A DNA stretch of 52,236 nucleotides from the NCBI GenBank assembly GCA_029098045.1, contig JAQXNO010000113.1, forward strand, positions 1-52,236, written 5' to 3'. A program made the translations under genes and the position numbers. The notes under the pieces are model-generated. The model was not told the DNA's origin. It saw only the letters and a program-made list of their open reading frames with translations, and ran no database searches. The stretch comes from Bacillota bacterium (GTDB taxonomy: Bacteria; Bacillota; Clostridia; Oscillospirales; Oscillospiraceae). Below, piece by piece: positions 17,379 through 27,521 of the stretch; position 1 is the stretch's first letter, and each line of letters starts with the position of its first letter.

Positions 17379-18461
17379 GTGGATGAATTTGATTGTAAGG
17401 TGAAAATCGTTTCCGGGCCGGGGGCTGTCCGGCGTCTGGCGGATTTTGGGGCCAGGCGGCTTTTCCTGGTGAGCGACCCATTTTTCTATGAAAACGGGGT
17501 GGCGCAGCGGATTGCCGAGGCATCCCGTGCGGAAGAGGTGGAGATTTTCCATGAGGTAAAGCCGGACCCCACTGTAGAATTGGCAGCGGAAGGGACGGCA
17601 AAGCTGAAGGCCTTCAACCCGGATCTGATTGTGGCGCTGGGCGGCGGCAGCGCCATGGACTGCGCCAAGGCCATGGCTTTTTTCGCCAGAGGGGAGGGAA
17701 AGCTGGTCGCCATTCCCACCACCTCAGGCTCCGGCTCCGAGGTGACGGATTTTGCGATTCTGACGCACAACAAGGTCAAACACCCTCTGGTGGACAGGCG
17801 TCTGCGGCCCTGCATGGCAATCCTTGACAGCGATCTGCTGCAGGAAATGCCTGCCGGTCTCATTGCCGACGCCGGGTTTGATGTGCTGACCCATGCGGTG
17901 GAAAGCTATGTTGCCACGGACGCGGGCTCTTTTTCCGATATGCTGGCGCAGGAGGCGTTCCGCAGTGCCTATGGGGCGCTGCCCGCGTCCTTTGCCGGTC
18001 ACAAAGAGGTGCGGCTGAAGGTTCATCAGGCGGCAACCATGGCAGGCATGGCCTTTACGCAGGCGGGGCTGGGGCTGTGCCATGCCATGGCACACGCGCT
18101 GGGGGGGATGTTCCATGTATCCCACGGAAAACTCAATGCGGTGCTGCTGCCCAGTGTGGTGGCCACCAACGCCCATGTGGCAGGCGCCAAATATGCCCAG
18201 CTGGCCAGATCCTGCGGTATGGGCAGCACTGCCGACACCATTGCGGTGCGCAATCTGCGAAACAACCTGATCCGGCTGCGCCGGGATCTGAAGCTGCCGG
18301 AAACCCTGGCGCAGGCGGGGATCACGCCGCAGGCACTGCGCAGTGCGACAAATGAAATCGTCAGTGCCACGCTGGCGGATCCCTGCTGCAGGACGAATCC
18401 CATGGAGATCGAGGCGTTTCTGGTGCGGCAGATCCTGGAGGAGGTCGCGGGACGTGTCTGA
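17379..18461 (+). CDS. eutG: Iron-containing alcohol dehydrogenase (EutG/PduQ-like)
   Basis: GGGSAMD, IPTTSGSGSEVT, DVLTHAVES, GLCHAMAH, HGKLNA. Probable GTG start at 17379. Confidence 0.88.
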   Translation: MDEFDCKVKIVSGPGAVRRLADFGARRLFLVSDPFFYENGVAQRIAEASRAEEVEIFHEVKPDPTVELAAEGTAKLKAFNPDLIVALGGGSAMDCAKAMAFFARGEGKLVAIPTTSGSGSEVTDFAILTHNKVKHPLVDRRLRPCMAILDSDLLQEMPAGLIADAGFDVLTHAVESYVATDAGSFSDMLAQEAFRSAYGALPASFAGHKEVRLKVHQAATMAGMAFTQAGLGLCHAMAHALGGMFHVSHGKLNAVLLPSVVATNAHVAGAKYAQLARSCGMGSTADTIAVRNLRNNLIRLRRDLKLPETLAQAGITPQALRSATNEIVSATLADPCCRTNPMEIEAFLVRQILEEVAGRV

Positions 18462-19779
18462 GCAGCTGTGCAGCGTGGGGCTGGACGTGGGGACAACCTC
18501 CACCCAGATGATCGTGTCCCGGCTGCGGATTGAAAACAAGGCAGGCAGCTTCGCAGTTCCCAGAATGGAAATTGAGAGCCGGGAGATCCTCTACAAAAGT
18601 CCCGTCCATTTCACACCGCTGCTGCGGGGCGATCTGGTGGACGCGGATGCGCTGCGGCGGATTGTGGACGAAGAATACGCGGCGGCAGGGATCAGGAAAG
18701 CGGACGTGGACACCGGCGCCATCATCATCACCGGGGAGACCTCCCGGAAGGAAAATGCTCGTGCCGTGCTGGAGGCGCTGTCCAACTATGCGGGTGATTT
18801 TGTGGTGGCCACCGCAGGGCCTGATTTGGAAAGCATTCTGGCCGCCAAGGGCGCAGGGGCGGTGGAGCTTTCCACAAAAACCGGGAAGCCGGTGCTGCAC
18901 ATGGACATCGGCGGCGGAACAAGCAATCTGGCGCTGATCGAGGATGGTAAAATCACGGCCACTTCCTGCCTGAATGTGGGCGGAAGGCTTCTGAAAATCG
19001 ACCCGAACGGAAGGCTGACCTATGTCTCCCCGGTGCTTGGAGAATTGTTTTCCAAAAAGGAAGGAGATGATGTAAACCGTGAAGAAGTTATGGAACTGTG
19101 TGAAAAACTGGTGCAGGGACTGGAAGCGGCAGCTGGCAGACGGGAAGAAGGAATCCTGACAAAGACACTGCATACCGCCGGGGCGGCGACACTGACACCA
19201 CCCAAAGACGCGGTAATCTCCTTTTCCGGCGGTGTCGCCGACTGCATTGAAGTGGAAAGACCCTGGCTGGCCTTCGGGGATATGGGGCCGGAGCTGGGAC
19301 AGGCCATCCGAAAAAGCAGGCTTTGCATGGGGCAGTATGCGCTTGGCAGCGAAACCATCCGCGCCACCGTGATCGGCGCCGGCAGCCACAGCACCCAGCT
19401 TTCGGGCAGCACGGTGTTTTACCAGAATATCACCTTTCCACTGAAAAATCTGCCGGTGGTCTGTAGTCCCGCCGCTTTGCGGAAGCTGGATGGGGCAGGG
19501 GTGCTGGCGCTGAAAGGACTGCCGGCGCCCTCCTATGGCGCCCTGCAGCGGCTTGCACAGCAAATCACGGAAGACTTTCCGGGCGATATGCTGATTCTGG
19601 CATTGGAGCAGGATCAGGCAAAAGCGTTGGGGCAGATTCTGGCGCTGCAGTTGGGCACCGGAGCGAGGATTCTGTGCATCGACCGGGTGCAGCTGGAAGA
19701 GGAGAGCTTTCTGGATGTGGGCGCCCCGGTGGGACCTGCTCTGCCCGTGGTGGTGAAAACGCTGATCTTATCGAAATGA
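18454..19779 (+). CDS. eutA: Ethanolamine ammonia-lyase reactivating factor EutA
   Basis: SVGLDVGTTSTQ, GAIIITGETSRKENA, GDFVVATAGPDLES, DIGGGTSN, ETIRATVIGAG, PVVVKTL. GTG start after GGAGGAGG. Confidence 0.95.
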   Translation: MSEQLCSVGLDVGTTSTQMIVSRLRIENKAGSFAVPRMEIESREILYKSPVHFTPLLRGDLVDADALRRIVDEEYAAAGIRKADVDTGAIIITGETSRKENARAVLEALSNYAGDFVVATAGPDLESILAAKGAGAVELSTKTGKPVLHMDIGGGTSNLALIEDGKITATSCLNVGGRLLKIDPNGRLTYVSPVLGELFSKKEGDDVNREEVMELCEKLVQGLEAAAGRREEGILTKTLHTAGAATLTPPKDAVISFSGGVADCIEVERPWLAFGDMGPELGQAIRKSRLCMGQYALGSETIRATVIGAGSHSTQLSGSTVFYQNITFPLKNLPVVCSPAALRKLDGAGVLALKGLPAPSYGALQRLAQQITEDFPGDMLILALEQDQAKALGQILALQLGTGARILCIDRVQLEEESFLDVGAPVGPALPVVVKTLILSK

Positions 19780-19787
19780 GGGATACT

Positions 19788-21152
19788 ATGAAACTGCAAA
19801 CCACTTTGTTGGGAAAAACATATCATTTTAAGGATATCAAGGAAGTGCTCGCCAAGGCAAATGAGGAAAAAACCGGTGACAAGCTGGCGGGAATCGCGGC
19901 GGAAACCGCCCGGGAGCGGGTGGCGGCGAAGGTGGTGCTGTCCGCGATGACCCTGGGGGATCTGCGGGAGAATCCCGCGGTGCCTTATGAAGAGGACGAA
20001 GTGACGCGGATCATTCAGGATGATGTGAATGAGCAGGTCTATCGCACGATCCGGGGCTGGACGGTGTCGGAATTCCGGGAGTGGATTCTCAGCGAAACCA
20101 CTTCCGGCGTGGACATCCGCAGGGTCAGCCGCGGCCTGACCTCCGAAATGGTGGCGGCGGTGTGCAAGCTTATGAGCAACCTGGATCTCATCTATGCGGC
20201 AAACAAGATCACCGTTACCGCCCACTGCAACACCACCATTGGCCTGCCGGGAACGCTTTCCTGCCGCCTGCAGCCGAACCACACCACCGATGACCCGGAG
20301 GGCATTACCGCTTCGGTTCTGGAGGGGCTGTCCTTCGGCGCGGGGGATGCGGTGATCGGGCTTAACCCCGTCACCGACTCCCCGGAGCAGGTGGGTAAAG
20401 TCCTGCGGCGCTTTCAGCAGATCAAGGAGCACTGGCAGATCCCAACCCAGATCTGTGTCCTTGCCCATGTGACGGCACAGATGAAAGCCGTCCGGGAGGG
20501 AGCGCCCTGTGATCTGATTTTCCAGAGCATCGCAGGCAGCCAGAAGGGCAACGAGGCCTTCGGCTTCAGCGCCGCAACGCTGGAGGAGGCACGGCAGCTT
20601 CTGCTGCGTGACGGCACTGCCGAGGGACCCAATGTGATGTATTTCGAAACGGGGCAGGGGTCGGAGCTCAGCTCCAATGCCCACCACGGCACCGATCAGG
20701 TGACCATGGAGGCCCGGTGCTATGGCTTTGCCAAGCGGTTCCAGCCGTTCCTTGTGAACACCGTGGTTGGATTCATTGGACCCGAGTATCTGTACGATGC
20801 CCGGCAGGTGACCAGAGCCGGTCTGGAGGATCACTTTATGGGCAAGCTCACGGGCATTTCCATGGGCTGCGACTGCTGCTATACCAACCACATGAAGGCG
20901 GACCAGAACGACATTGAGAATCTGGCGGCGCTCCTGACCATGGCCGGCTGCAATTATTTCATGGGCATTCCCCACGGCGATGACATCATGCTCAACTACC
21001 AGACCACCGGCTTCCGGGAAACGGCGGCGCTGCGGGAACTGACGGGCAAGACGGCCATTCCCGAATTCCAGCGGTGGCTGGAGAAAATGGGTTTCGTAGA
21101 AGATGGAAAGCTGACGGCCAGAGCCGGCGACGGCTCCAGCCTGCTCTTTTAA
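19788..21152 (+). CDS. eutB: Ethanolamine ammonia-lyase large subunit
   Basis: RLQPNHTTDD, CVLAHVT, FQSIAGS, MYFETGQGS, VNTVVGFIGPEY, GLEDHFMGKL, MLNYQTT. Confidence 0.97.
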   Translation: MKLQTTLLGKTYHFKDIKEVLAKANEEKTGDKLAGIAAETARERVAAKVVLSAMTLGDLRENPAVPYEEDEVTRIIQDDVNEQVYRTIRGWTVSEFREWILSETTSGVDIRRVSRGLTSEMVAAVCKLMSNLDLIYAANKITVTAHCNTTIGLPGTLSCRLQPNHTTDDPEGITASVLEGLSFGAGDAVIGLNPVTDSPEQVGKVLRRFQQIKEHWQIPTQICVLAHVTAQMKAVREGAPCDLIFQSIAGSQKGNEAFGFSAATLEEARQLLLRDGTAEGPNVMYFETGQGSELSSNAHHGTDQVTMEARCYGFAKRFQPFLVNTVVGFIGPEYLYDARQVTRAGLEDHFMGKLTGISMGCDCCYTNHMKADQNDIENLAALLTMAGCNYFMGIPHGDDIMLNYQTTGFRETAALRELTGKTAIPEFQRWLEKMGFVEDGKLTARAGDGSSLLF

Positions 21153-21167
21153 GGGGAGGTGATGAGG

Positions 21168-22082
21168 ATGACCAAACAGGAACTGACCAATATGGTGGCG
21201 GAGATTCTGAGCCAGATTCACGGGGAGTATATGCCCATGGTCAAGGGCAGCGACTACAAGACCCTTGTGACGGAAGCGCCCCGGGAGGAAAGGCACCACT
21301 GTCCGGGGGACTTTGTACCGGATGTGTCGCAGCTGAATCTGCGGGAGCTGTATCTGGTTGAAAATGCCGCCGATGGAGACAAATTCCGGAAAATGAAGCT
21401 GAAAACCCCGGCACGGCTGGGCTGCGGCAAGGCCGGTGCCCGGTATAAGACCCTGACCATGCTCCGCTTCCGGGCGGATCACGCGGCGGCGCAGGATGCG
21501 GTGTTTTCCGAAATGGACGCGGAATTTGCAAAGCAGCACGATCTGCTGCCGGTGAAAACCCGCTGCGACAGCAAGGATGAATATCTGACCCGCCCGGATT
21601 TGGGGCGGTGCTTTGACGAACACAATGCCAAAACCATCAAGGGCGTCATCGATACACCGCCCCGGGTACAGCTGGTGGTGGGGGACGGGCTTTCCTCTGC
21701 GGCCATTGCGGCCAATGCCATGGACTGCATGGCCGCCATCCGGGACGGACTGAAGCTGAAGGGAATCGAAACAGGCAAGGCGATTTTCGTCAAGTACTGC
21801 CGGGTGGGCGCCGGTGATGCCATCGGCGACATCACCGGCTGCGAGCTGGTGTGCGTGCTGGTGGGAGAGCGGCCGGGACTTGTGACTGATAAGAGTATGT
21901 CCGCCTATATCACCTACAAGCCCCATACGGGGGTGTCCGAATCCAGCCGCACTGTGGTTTCCAATATTCACGCCCAGGGCACCCCCGCGGTGGAGGCCGG
22001 TGCCCATGTGGCGGAGCTGATCGATAAAATTCTGAAGAAAAAGGTCTCCGGTGTGGGGCTGCATCTGGAGGAAACACCATGA
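21168..22082 (+). CDS. eutC: Ethanolamine ammonia-lyase small subunit
   Basis: TPARLG, RFRADHAAAQDAV, YLTRPDLGR, DGLSS, LVGERPGL, SMSAY, SNIH. Confidence 0.96.
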   Translation: MTKQELTNMVAEILSQIHGEYMPMVKGSDYKTLVTEAPREERHHCPGDFVPDVSQLNLRELYLVENAADGDKFRKMKLKTPARLGCGKAGARYKTLTMLRFRADHAAAQDAVFSEMDAEFAKQHDLLPVKTRCDSKDEYLTRPDLGRCFDEHNAKTIKGVIDTPPRVQLVVGDGLSSAAIAANAMDCMAAIRDGLKLKGIETGKAIFVKYCRVGAGDAIGDITGCELVCVLVGERPGLVTDKSMSAYITYKPHTGVSESSRTVVSNIHAQGTPAVEAGAHVAELIDKILKKKVSGVGLHLEETP

Positions 22083-22714
22083 TCCCGGTGAAGATTCTGG
22101 CGGTGCGTTACCTTGCCAGCGCCAGTCCCGCGCTGGCAAAAGGGCTCGGCGCGCCGGCAGGGTATCCGTCTCTGGGACTGCTGACCACCGATTCCGATGA
22201 CGCAACCTATATCGCACTGGACGAAGCCACCAAGGCGGCGGATGTGAAGGTCTGCTATGCCCGCAGCTTTTACGCAGGTGCTGCCAATGCGTCCACCCCG
22301 CTTGCCGGGGAGGTGATCGGGATTCTTGCGGGGACGACCCCCGGGGCGGTGCGCAGCGGCATGGAGGCGGCGATTGGAACCCTCAGCCGTGTGGGCTTCG
22401 AAGAGGTGCACGGGGTGCCGTTCCTTGCCCACACAGTCAGCAGCGCAGGTTCCTTTCTTTCAAAAGAAGCGGCAGTGGCGGAAGGTACGGCACTGGCATA
22501 TCTGATCGCACCACCGCTGGAGAGTATGTATGCCATGGATGCGGCACTGAAGGCGGCGGATGTCAGGCTATGCAAATTGTACAGCCCGCCCAGCGAGACC
22601 AATTTTGGCGGCGGTCTGCTCAGCGGCACACAGTCCGCCTGCGATGCGGCCTGTGCTGCCTTCCGGGATGCGGTGGCGGAAGTGGCGAAGCTGCCCCACG
22701 GAACGGAACATTAG
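22079..22714 (+). CDS. eutL: Microcompartment shell protein EutL (BMC-T)
   Basis: DSDDATYIALDEATK, SFYAGAANAST, GEVIGILAG, AYLIAPPLE, PSETNFGG. Confidence 0.95.
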   Translation: MIPVKILAVRYLASASPALAKGLGAPAGYPSLGLLTTDSDDATYIALDEATKAADVKVCYARSFYAGAANASTPLAGEVIGILAGTTPGAVRSGMEAAIGTLSRVGFEEVHGVPFLAHTVSSAGSFLSKEAAVAEGTALAYLIAPPLESMYAMDAALKAADVRLCKLYSPPSETNFGGGLLSGTQSACDAACAAFRDAVAEVAKLPHGTEH

Positions 22715-22729
22715 AAAGAGGAGGCATCT

Positions 22730-24154
22730 ATGGAACTGGATAAGGATTTGGCGGCACGGCAGGAGGCAAGGGCGCTCTGCCGGGCTGCGGAAGAAGCCCA
22801 GAAGAAATTGTCCGGCTTTTCGCAGGAGAAGCTGGACGACATCGTTGAAGCGGTAGCCCGGGCCTTTTCGGAAGCGGCGCCGGAGCTGGCGGAGCAGGCC
22901 GTCCGGGAAACCGGCTTCGGAAATGTGGCGGATAAAATCACAAAGAACCGTTTTGCATCCGATACGGTTTGCAGCCGCATCCGGCAGCAAAGATGCGTGG
23001 GTGTATTAAAAGAAGACCCGAGGGAAAAACTATGGGAGGTGGGTGTGCCGGTGGGCGTCATCGCAGCCATCGTCCCCAGCACCAATCCCACATCCACCGT
23101 GTGCTATAAGGCGCTGATTGCCTTAAAATCCGGCAATGCCATCGTCTTTTCACCCCATCCCAAGGCGGTGGGCTGCACCCTGCGGGCATCCAAAATTGTG
23201 GCTGCCGCTGCCGAACGGGCAGGCGCACCGGCAGGCGCGGTGGGCTGCCTGAGCCTTGCGTCCATGGCAGGCTGTCAGGAACTGATGGGCGCGGCGGAGG
23301 TGAAGCTGATTCTGGCCACCGGAGGCCCCGGCATGGTCAAGGCAGCCTATTCCTCCGGGAAACCCGCCATCGGGGTCGGCGCCGGCAACGGCCCGGCCTA
23401 TATCCACCATTCGGCCGATGTGAGAAAGGCGCTGGGCTGCATCTTAAAATCCAAGACCTTTGACAACGGCACGGTCTGCGCCTCGGAGCAGAGCATCATT
23501 GTGGAGCGCAGCATGGAAGAGAAGGTCAGAGCCGAAGCAAAAGCCATGGGCTTTTACTTTCTGGATAAGCCGGAGGCGGAGCGCCTGTCCAGGCTCCTGT
23601 TTCGTCCCACCGGGGCGCTGAATCCGGACATTGTGGGAAAAACAGCCCCGCAGCTTGCCCGGATGGCACAGATTGCGGTGCCGCCGGATACAAAGATTCT
23701 GGTTGCCCGGGAAGAGCAGGCAGGCCCCAACTATCCCTATTCCATGGAAAAGCTCTGCCCGGTGCTGGCTTTTTATGTGATGGAAAGCGAAGAGGCGGTG
23801 CTGCGCAAGGTGGTGGAGGTTCTGGAGCATGAGGGCGCGGGGCACACCTTTGCCATGCATGCACAGGATCGGGGCGTGGTGGAACGGTTTGCAAAGGTCG
23901 TGCCAGTTTCCCGGTTTCTGGTCAACACACCGGCAGCGCTGGGCGGTATCGGCGCCACGACGAATCTGTTCCCCGCGCTGACCCTCGGCTGCGGCGCCGT
24001 GGGCGGCAGCTCCTCGTCCAACAACATTGGACCCATGGATCTGGTGAATATCCGGCGGGTTGCATGGGATACGGAGGCATCCTGCACAGCAGACGGTACG
24101 GATGATGATCTTGTGGAGCTGCTGGCACGGAAGATTTTGGAAAGACTGAAATAG
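22730..24154 (+). CDS. eutE: Acetaldehyde dehydrogenase (acetylating), BMC-associated
   Basis: PSTNPTST, LATGGPGMVKAAYSSGKPAIGVGAGN, TFDNGTVCASEQ, EKLCPVL. C-terminal amphipathic DDDLVELLARKILERLK. Confidence 0.93.
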   Translation: MELDKDLAARQEARALCRAAEEAQKKLSGFSQEKLDDIVEAVARAFSEAAPELAEQAVRETGFGNVADKITKNRFASDTVCSRIRQQRCVGVLKEDPREKLWEVGVPVGVIAAIVPSTNPTSTVCYKALIALKSGNAIVFSPHPKAVGCTLRASKIVAAAAERAGAPAGAVGCLSLASMAGCQELMGAAEVKLILATGGPGMVKAAYSSGKPAIGVGAGNGPAYIHHSADVRKALGCILKSKTFDNGTVCASEQSIIVERSMEEKVRAEAKAMGFYFLDKPEAERLSRLLFRPTGALNPDIVGKTAPQLARMAQIAVPPDTKILVAREEQAGPNYPYSMEKLCPVLAFYVMESEEAVLRKVVEVLEHEGAGHTFAMHAQDRGVVERFAKVVPVSRFLVNTPAALGGIGATTNLFPALTLGCGAVGGSSSSNNIGPMDLVNIRRVAWDTEASCTADGTDDDLVELLARKILERLK

Positions 24155-24174
24155 GCAAAGGAAGGTAACACAAT

Positions 24175-24480
24175 ATGGATACAAACAGCTTGGGAATGAT
24201 CGAAACGCGGGGCCTGATCGGCGCCATTGAAGCGGCGGATGCCATGGTCAAATCTGCCAATGTGCAGCTGGTGGGCAAGGAACAGGTGGGCGGCGGCCTT
24301 GTGACCGTCATGGTGCGGGGCGATGTGGGTGCCGTGAAGGCTGCCACCGATGCCGGTGCCGCGGCAGCGGAAAAGGTGGGAGAGCTGATCTCCGTCCATG
24401 TGATCGCAAGACCCCACACGGAGGTGGACGCGATTTTGCCCAAGGAACGCAAGAGCGTACCCAATAACACCAAGGCCTGA
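24175..24480 (+). CDS. eutM: Microcompartment shell hexamer protein (BMC-H)
   Basis: [35 protein letters not shown]. Confidence 0.93.
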   Translation: MDTNSLGMIETRGLIGAIEAADAMVKSANVQLVGKEQVGGGLVTVMVRGDVGAVKAATDAGAAAAEKVGELISVHVIARPHTEVDAILPKERKSVPNNTKA

Positions 24481-25166
24481 TGCTCTACACGGAGGATATG
24501 GTGCGCCAGAACCTGCGCAACCGGGAGGGGAAACGGGTATTTTACCTGGGAAAGGGGGATACCCTGACCCCCGGTGCCCGGGACTGGCTGGGTCGGGAAC
24601 GGATCGCCATTTTGCCGGGGGAAGCGGCAAAGCCTGCATCCTACCGGCTGGCAAACGGAGCGGTGCTGACGGAAAAGCCGGAGCAGATGACCCACTTGAA
24701 CGGCGATGTGCTGGTGCTGAAAACCCATCCCCGGATTCGGTTCCGGGGGGCGATGGACAGCCTGGAGGCGGAGCTGCTGCTGTGCGCGCTGCACTGTGAC
24801 GGACAGCTTCGGAAGGATTTACAGGAAATTCTGAATCTGGCGCGGCGGCTCATCCGCTGCGAGGTGCTGAATGAACCGGTGCCGGAGGAAAAGCTCTGCG
24901 GCCTGACGGAGAGCGAGCAGCGCAGCCACAGCCACCGGCCGCAGGATTACTACGGACAGGCGCATTTCATGCCGGAGGTGACCGATGGGGAAGTGATCCT
25001 TTCCCTGAACCGATGCCGCTGCGCCGCCCGGGCGGCGGAACTGGCGGCTGCGGCGGCATTTACGGACGAAAACGGAAATGCCCAGAGGGTCGATCTTCTG
25101 CGCGCCCTCAACCGCATGAGCAGCATGATCTATATTCTGATGATTCGGCAAAAGGGCGGAAAGTGA
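24480..25166 (+). CDS. eutT: Cobalamin adenosyltransferase, EutT type
   Basis: LTPGARDWL, EKPEQMTHL, KTHPRIRFRG, SHRPQDYYGQAH, ALNRMSS. Confidence 0.9.
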   Translation: MLYTEDMVRQNLRNREGKRVFYLGKGDTLTPGARDWLGRERIAILPGEAAKPASYRLANGAVLTEKPEQMTHLNGDVLVLKTHPRIRFRGAMDSLEAELLLCALHCDGQLRKDLQEILNLARRLIRCEVLNEPVPEEKLCGLTESEQRSHSHRPQDYYGQAHFMPEVTDGEVILSLNRCRCAARAAELAAAAAFTDENGNAQRVDLLRALNRMSSMIYILMIRQKGGK

Positions 25167-25191
25167 TTTCGCCCATACATGAGGTGAGAAG

Positions 25192-25800
25192 ATGGAGCAA
25201 AATACAATGGAGACACTGGCACAGGCGGTGCTGGGGAAGCTTTTTGTGCCTCTGGAGGCATCGGGGCGCCACGTCCATGTGACGCAGCAGCAGGCACAGA
25301 TACTTTTTGGACATGACCTGATACCGCTGCGTGATCTGTCCCAGCCGGGACAGTATCTGGCAAAAGAGCGTGTGACCGTGGCAGGACCCAAGGGGGAGTT
25401 TCAGAATGTGGCGGTACTGGGCCCTGCACGCAAGACGTCCCAGGTGGAGATTTCCCTGACCGATGCCCGCACCCTGGGTCTGAAGCCGCCGGTGCGGCTG
25501 TCCGGTCATACGGCAGGAAGCCCCGGCTGCGCCCTGATTGGCCCACGGGGCACTGTGGAACTGCCTGAGGGCGTGATTGCGGCGCAGCGGCATATCCATC
25601 TGACACCGGGCGATGCGCACCGCTTTGGGGTGCAGGACAGGCAGGTGGTGAAGCTGCAGACCTTTACGGAAAGACCCGCGGTTTTTGAGGACGTGGTGGT
25701 GCGCGTTTCTCCCGATTTCGCGGCGGCGGTGCACCTTGACTATGATGAGGCCAATGCCTGCGGCTTTGCGGAAGGCGACTGGGGGAGGATTCTCCCATGA
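25192..25800 (+). CDS. pduL: Phosphate acyltransferase PduL
   Basis: SGRHVH, LSQPGQY, VLGPAR..QVEIS.TD, AQRHIH, HLDYDEANA. Confidence 0.93.
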   Translation: MEQNTMETLAQAVLGKLFVPLEASGRHVHVTQQQAQILFGHDLIPLRDLSQPGQYLAKERVTVAGPKGEFQNVAVLGPARKTSQVEISLTDARTLGLKPPVRLSGHTAGSPGCALIGPRGTVELPEGVIAAQRHIHLTPGDAHRFGVQDRQVVKLQTFTERPAVFEDVVVRVSPDFAAAVHLDYDEANACGFAEGDWGRILP

Positions 25801-26195
25801 TCCGGGCGCTGCTGATCGGAAAGGAGCCGGCTGCGCCCATGGACTACTGCTATGTGCAGGAGCCGCCCTATGAGGCGGTGGTCATCGGATCGCTGACGCT
25901 GGGACAGCTGGTGCGCTTTCGGGAGGAACTGGTGCTGCAGGCTTTGTCTGAGGGAAAACAGGTATTTCTCTACACCCCGGGGCTGCCGGAATCACCCCAA
26001 AACCGGGCGCTGGCAGGCAGCCTGACGGCGGCGCAGCGGGAACTGAAAAGCTGGGGCGTGGTCTTTACAGACGGCGCCCGCAAGCGGCTCATCACGGCGG
26101 AGGAAGCCCGCACGCTGCGCAGCCGGGGCATGACCCCCGGTCCGGGGGCAGTGCTGACACCGCTGGCAAAGGAAATTTTGGAGGGATCGCAATGA
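25797..26195 (+). CDS. Short ethanolamine-utilization-associated protein of unknown function
   Basis: Coupled by ATGA overlaps on both sides. ALSEGKQV and the C-terminal KRLITAEE..AVLTPLAKE resemble eut/pdu accessory proteins. Confidence 0.7.
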   Translation: MIRALLIGKEPAAPMDYCYVQEPPYEAVVIGSLTLGQLVRFREELVLQALSEGKQVFLYTPGLPESPQNRALAGSLTAAQRELKSWGVVFTDGARKRLITAEEARTLRSRGMTPGPGAVLTPLAKEILEGSQ

Positions 26196-26458
26196 AAATA
26201 GGGAAGGTGATCGGCACCGTTTGGGCCACCCGGAAGGCGCAGTGCCTGCAGGGACAGCGCTTTCTTGTGGTGGATACGGGGCGGGAGGATCTGGTGGCGG
26301 CAGATCAGGTGGGCGCCGGTGTCGGCGACCGGGTGCTGCTGACCGTCGGGACAGTCGCCTCCCGCTACTGCATGGACACACCCATTGACGCGGCAGTGGT
26401 GGCGATTCTGGACGCGGAAGAGGTAGGGCGAGGAGGCGAGCAACATCTCTGCACATGA
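26192..26458 (+). CDS. eutN: Microcompartment vertex protein EutN/CcmL (BMC-P)
   Basis: MKIGKVIGTVWATRK, VAADQVGAGVGDRVL, PIDAAVVAILD. Confidence 0.95.
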   Translation: MKIGKVIGTVWATRKAQCLQGQRFLVVDTGREDLVAADQVGAGVGDRVLLTVGTVASRYCMDTPIDAAVVAILDAEEVGRGGEQHLCT

Positions 26459-27521
26459 AATTCTGATTGCCGTCATGGCTGTTTTTGCCGTGCTGGGTGC
26501 CCTGGACCGGATACTCGGCAACCGCTTCGGTATTGGCAGGGAATTTGAAGCCGGAATTCTCGCCATGGGCAGCCTTGCCATGGCGATGATCGGCGTGATC
26601 ACCCTGGCACCGGTGCTGGCGGCGGTGCTGAAGCCTGTGGTGGTGCCGGTGTTCGGCTTTCTGGGGGCGGACGCTGCCATGTTCGCAGGCTCCATCCTTG
26701 CCTGCGATATGGGCGGCGGCTCCCTGGCACAGCAGCTGACGGAAAACGCCGATGCGGCGCTGCTGGGCGGCGTGATTACAGGCTCCATGCTGGGCGCTAC
26801 CATTGTGTTCACTATTCCCGTGGCCATGGGCATTCTGGATGAAGAAGACAAACCTGCCATGGCACAGGGGATACTCTGCGGCATCGTGACCATCCCCATC
26901 GGCATCTTTGCGGGGGGATTGGCGGCAGGCTTTCCGGTTTTGATGGTACTGCGCAATTTGATTCCCATTGTACTCATTGCATCCTGCATTGCCCTCGGCC
27001 TGTGGAAAGCGGAAAAGGCCATGATTCGGGGCTTTGCAGCCTTTGGAAAAGGCGTCGTCACCCTCATCACCGGGGGACTCGCAATCGCCATTGTGCAGGA
27101 GCTGACGGGACTGGTGATTCTGCCCGGCATGGCACCCATTTCCGACGGGTTTCAGATGGTGGGGGAGATTGCCATTGTGCTGGCAGGTGCCTTCCCACTG
27201 GTGTTTGTGCTGACGAAGCTTCTGAAAAAACCCCTGCTGGCGCTTGGAAATCTACTGGGCATCAACGATGTGGCGGCGGCCGGACTGCTGGCAAGCCTTG
27301 CCAATTCCATTGCCACCTTCGGTATGGTGAGGGACATGGACAGGCGGGGGAAGGTGGTGAATATCGCTTTTGCGGTGTCGGCGGCATTTGTGTTCGGTGA
27401 TCATCTGGGCTTCACCGCGGGCTTTGCGCCGCAGCTGCTGCCTGCCATGATTGTGGGAAAGCTGCTGGGCGGCATCAGCGCCGTGGCGGTGGCTCTGTGG
27501 CTGACAAGGAAGAATTCTTAA
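26445..27521 (+). CDS. eutH: Ethanolamine permease EutH (predicted start is ATC at 26445; first ATG is 26475)
   Basis: LGALDRILGNRFG, LACDMGG, GSMLGATIVFTIPVA, LAGAFP, FAVSAAFVFGDHLGF. Confidence 0.93.
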   Translation: MSAHEILIAVMAVFAVLGALDRILGNRFGIGREFEAGILAMGSLAMAMIGVITLAPVLAAVLKPVVVPVFGFLGADAAMFAGSILACDMGGGSLAQQLTENADAALLGGVITGSMLGATIVFTIPVAMGILDEEDKPAMAQGILCGIVTIPIGIFAGGLAAGFPVLMVLRNLIPIVLIASCIALGLWKAEKAMIRGFAAFGKGVVTLITGGLAIAIVQELTGLVILPGMAPISDGFQMVGEIAIVLAGAFPLVFVLTKLLKKPLLALGNLLGINDVAAAGLLASLANSIATFGMVRDMDRRGKVVNIAFAVSAAFVFGDHLGFTAGFAPQLLPAMIVGKLLGGISAVAVALWLTRKNS

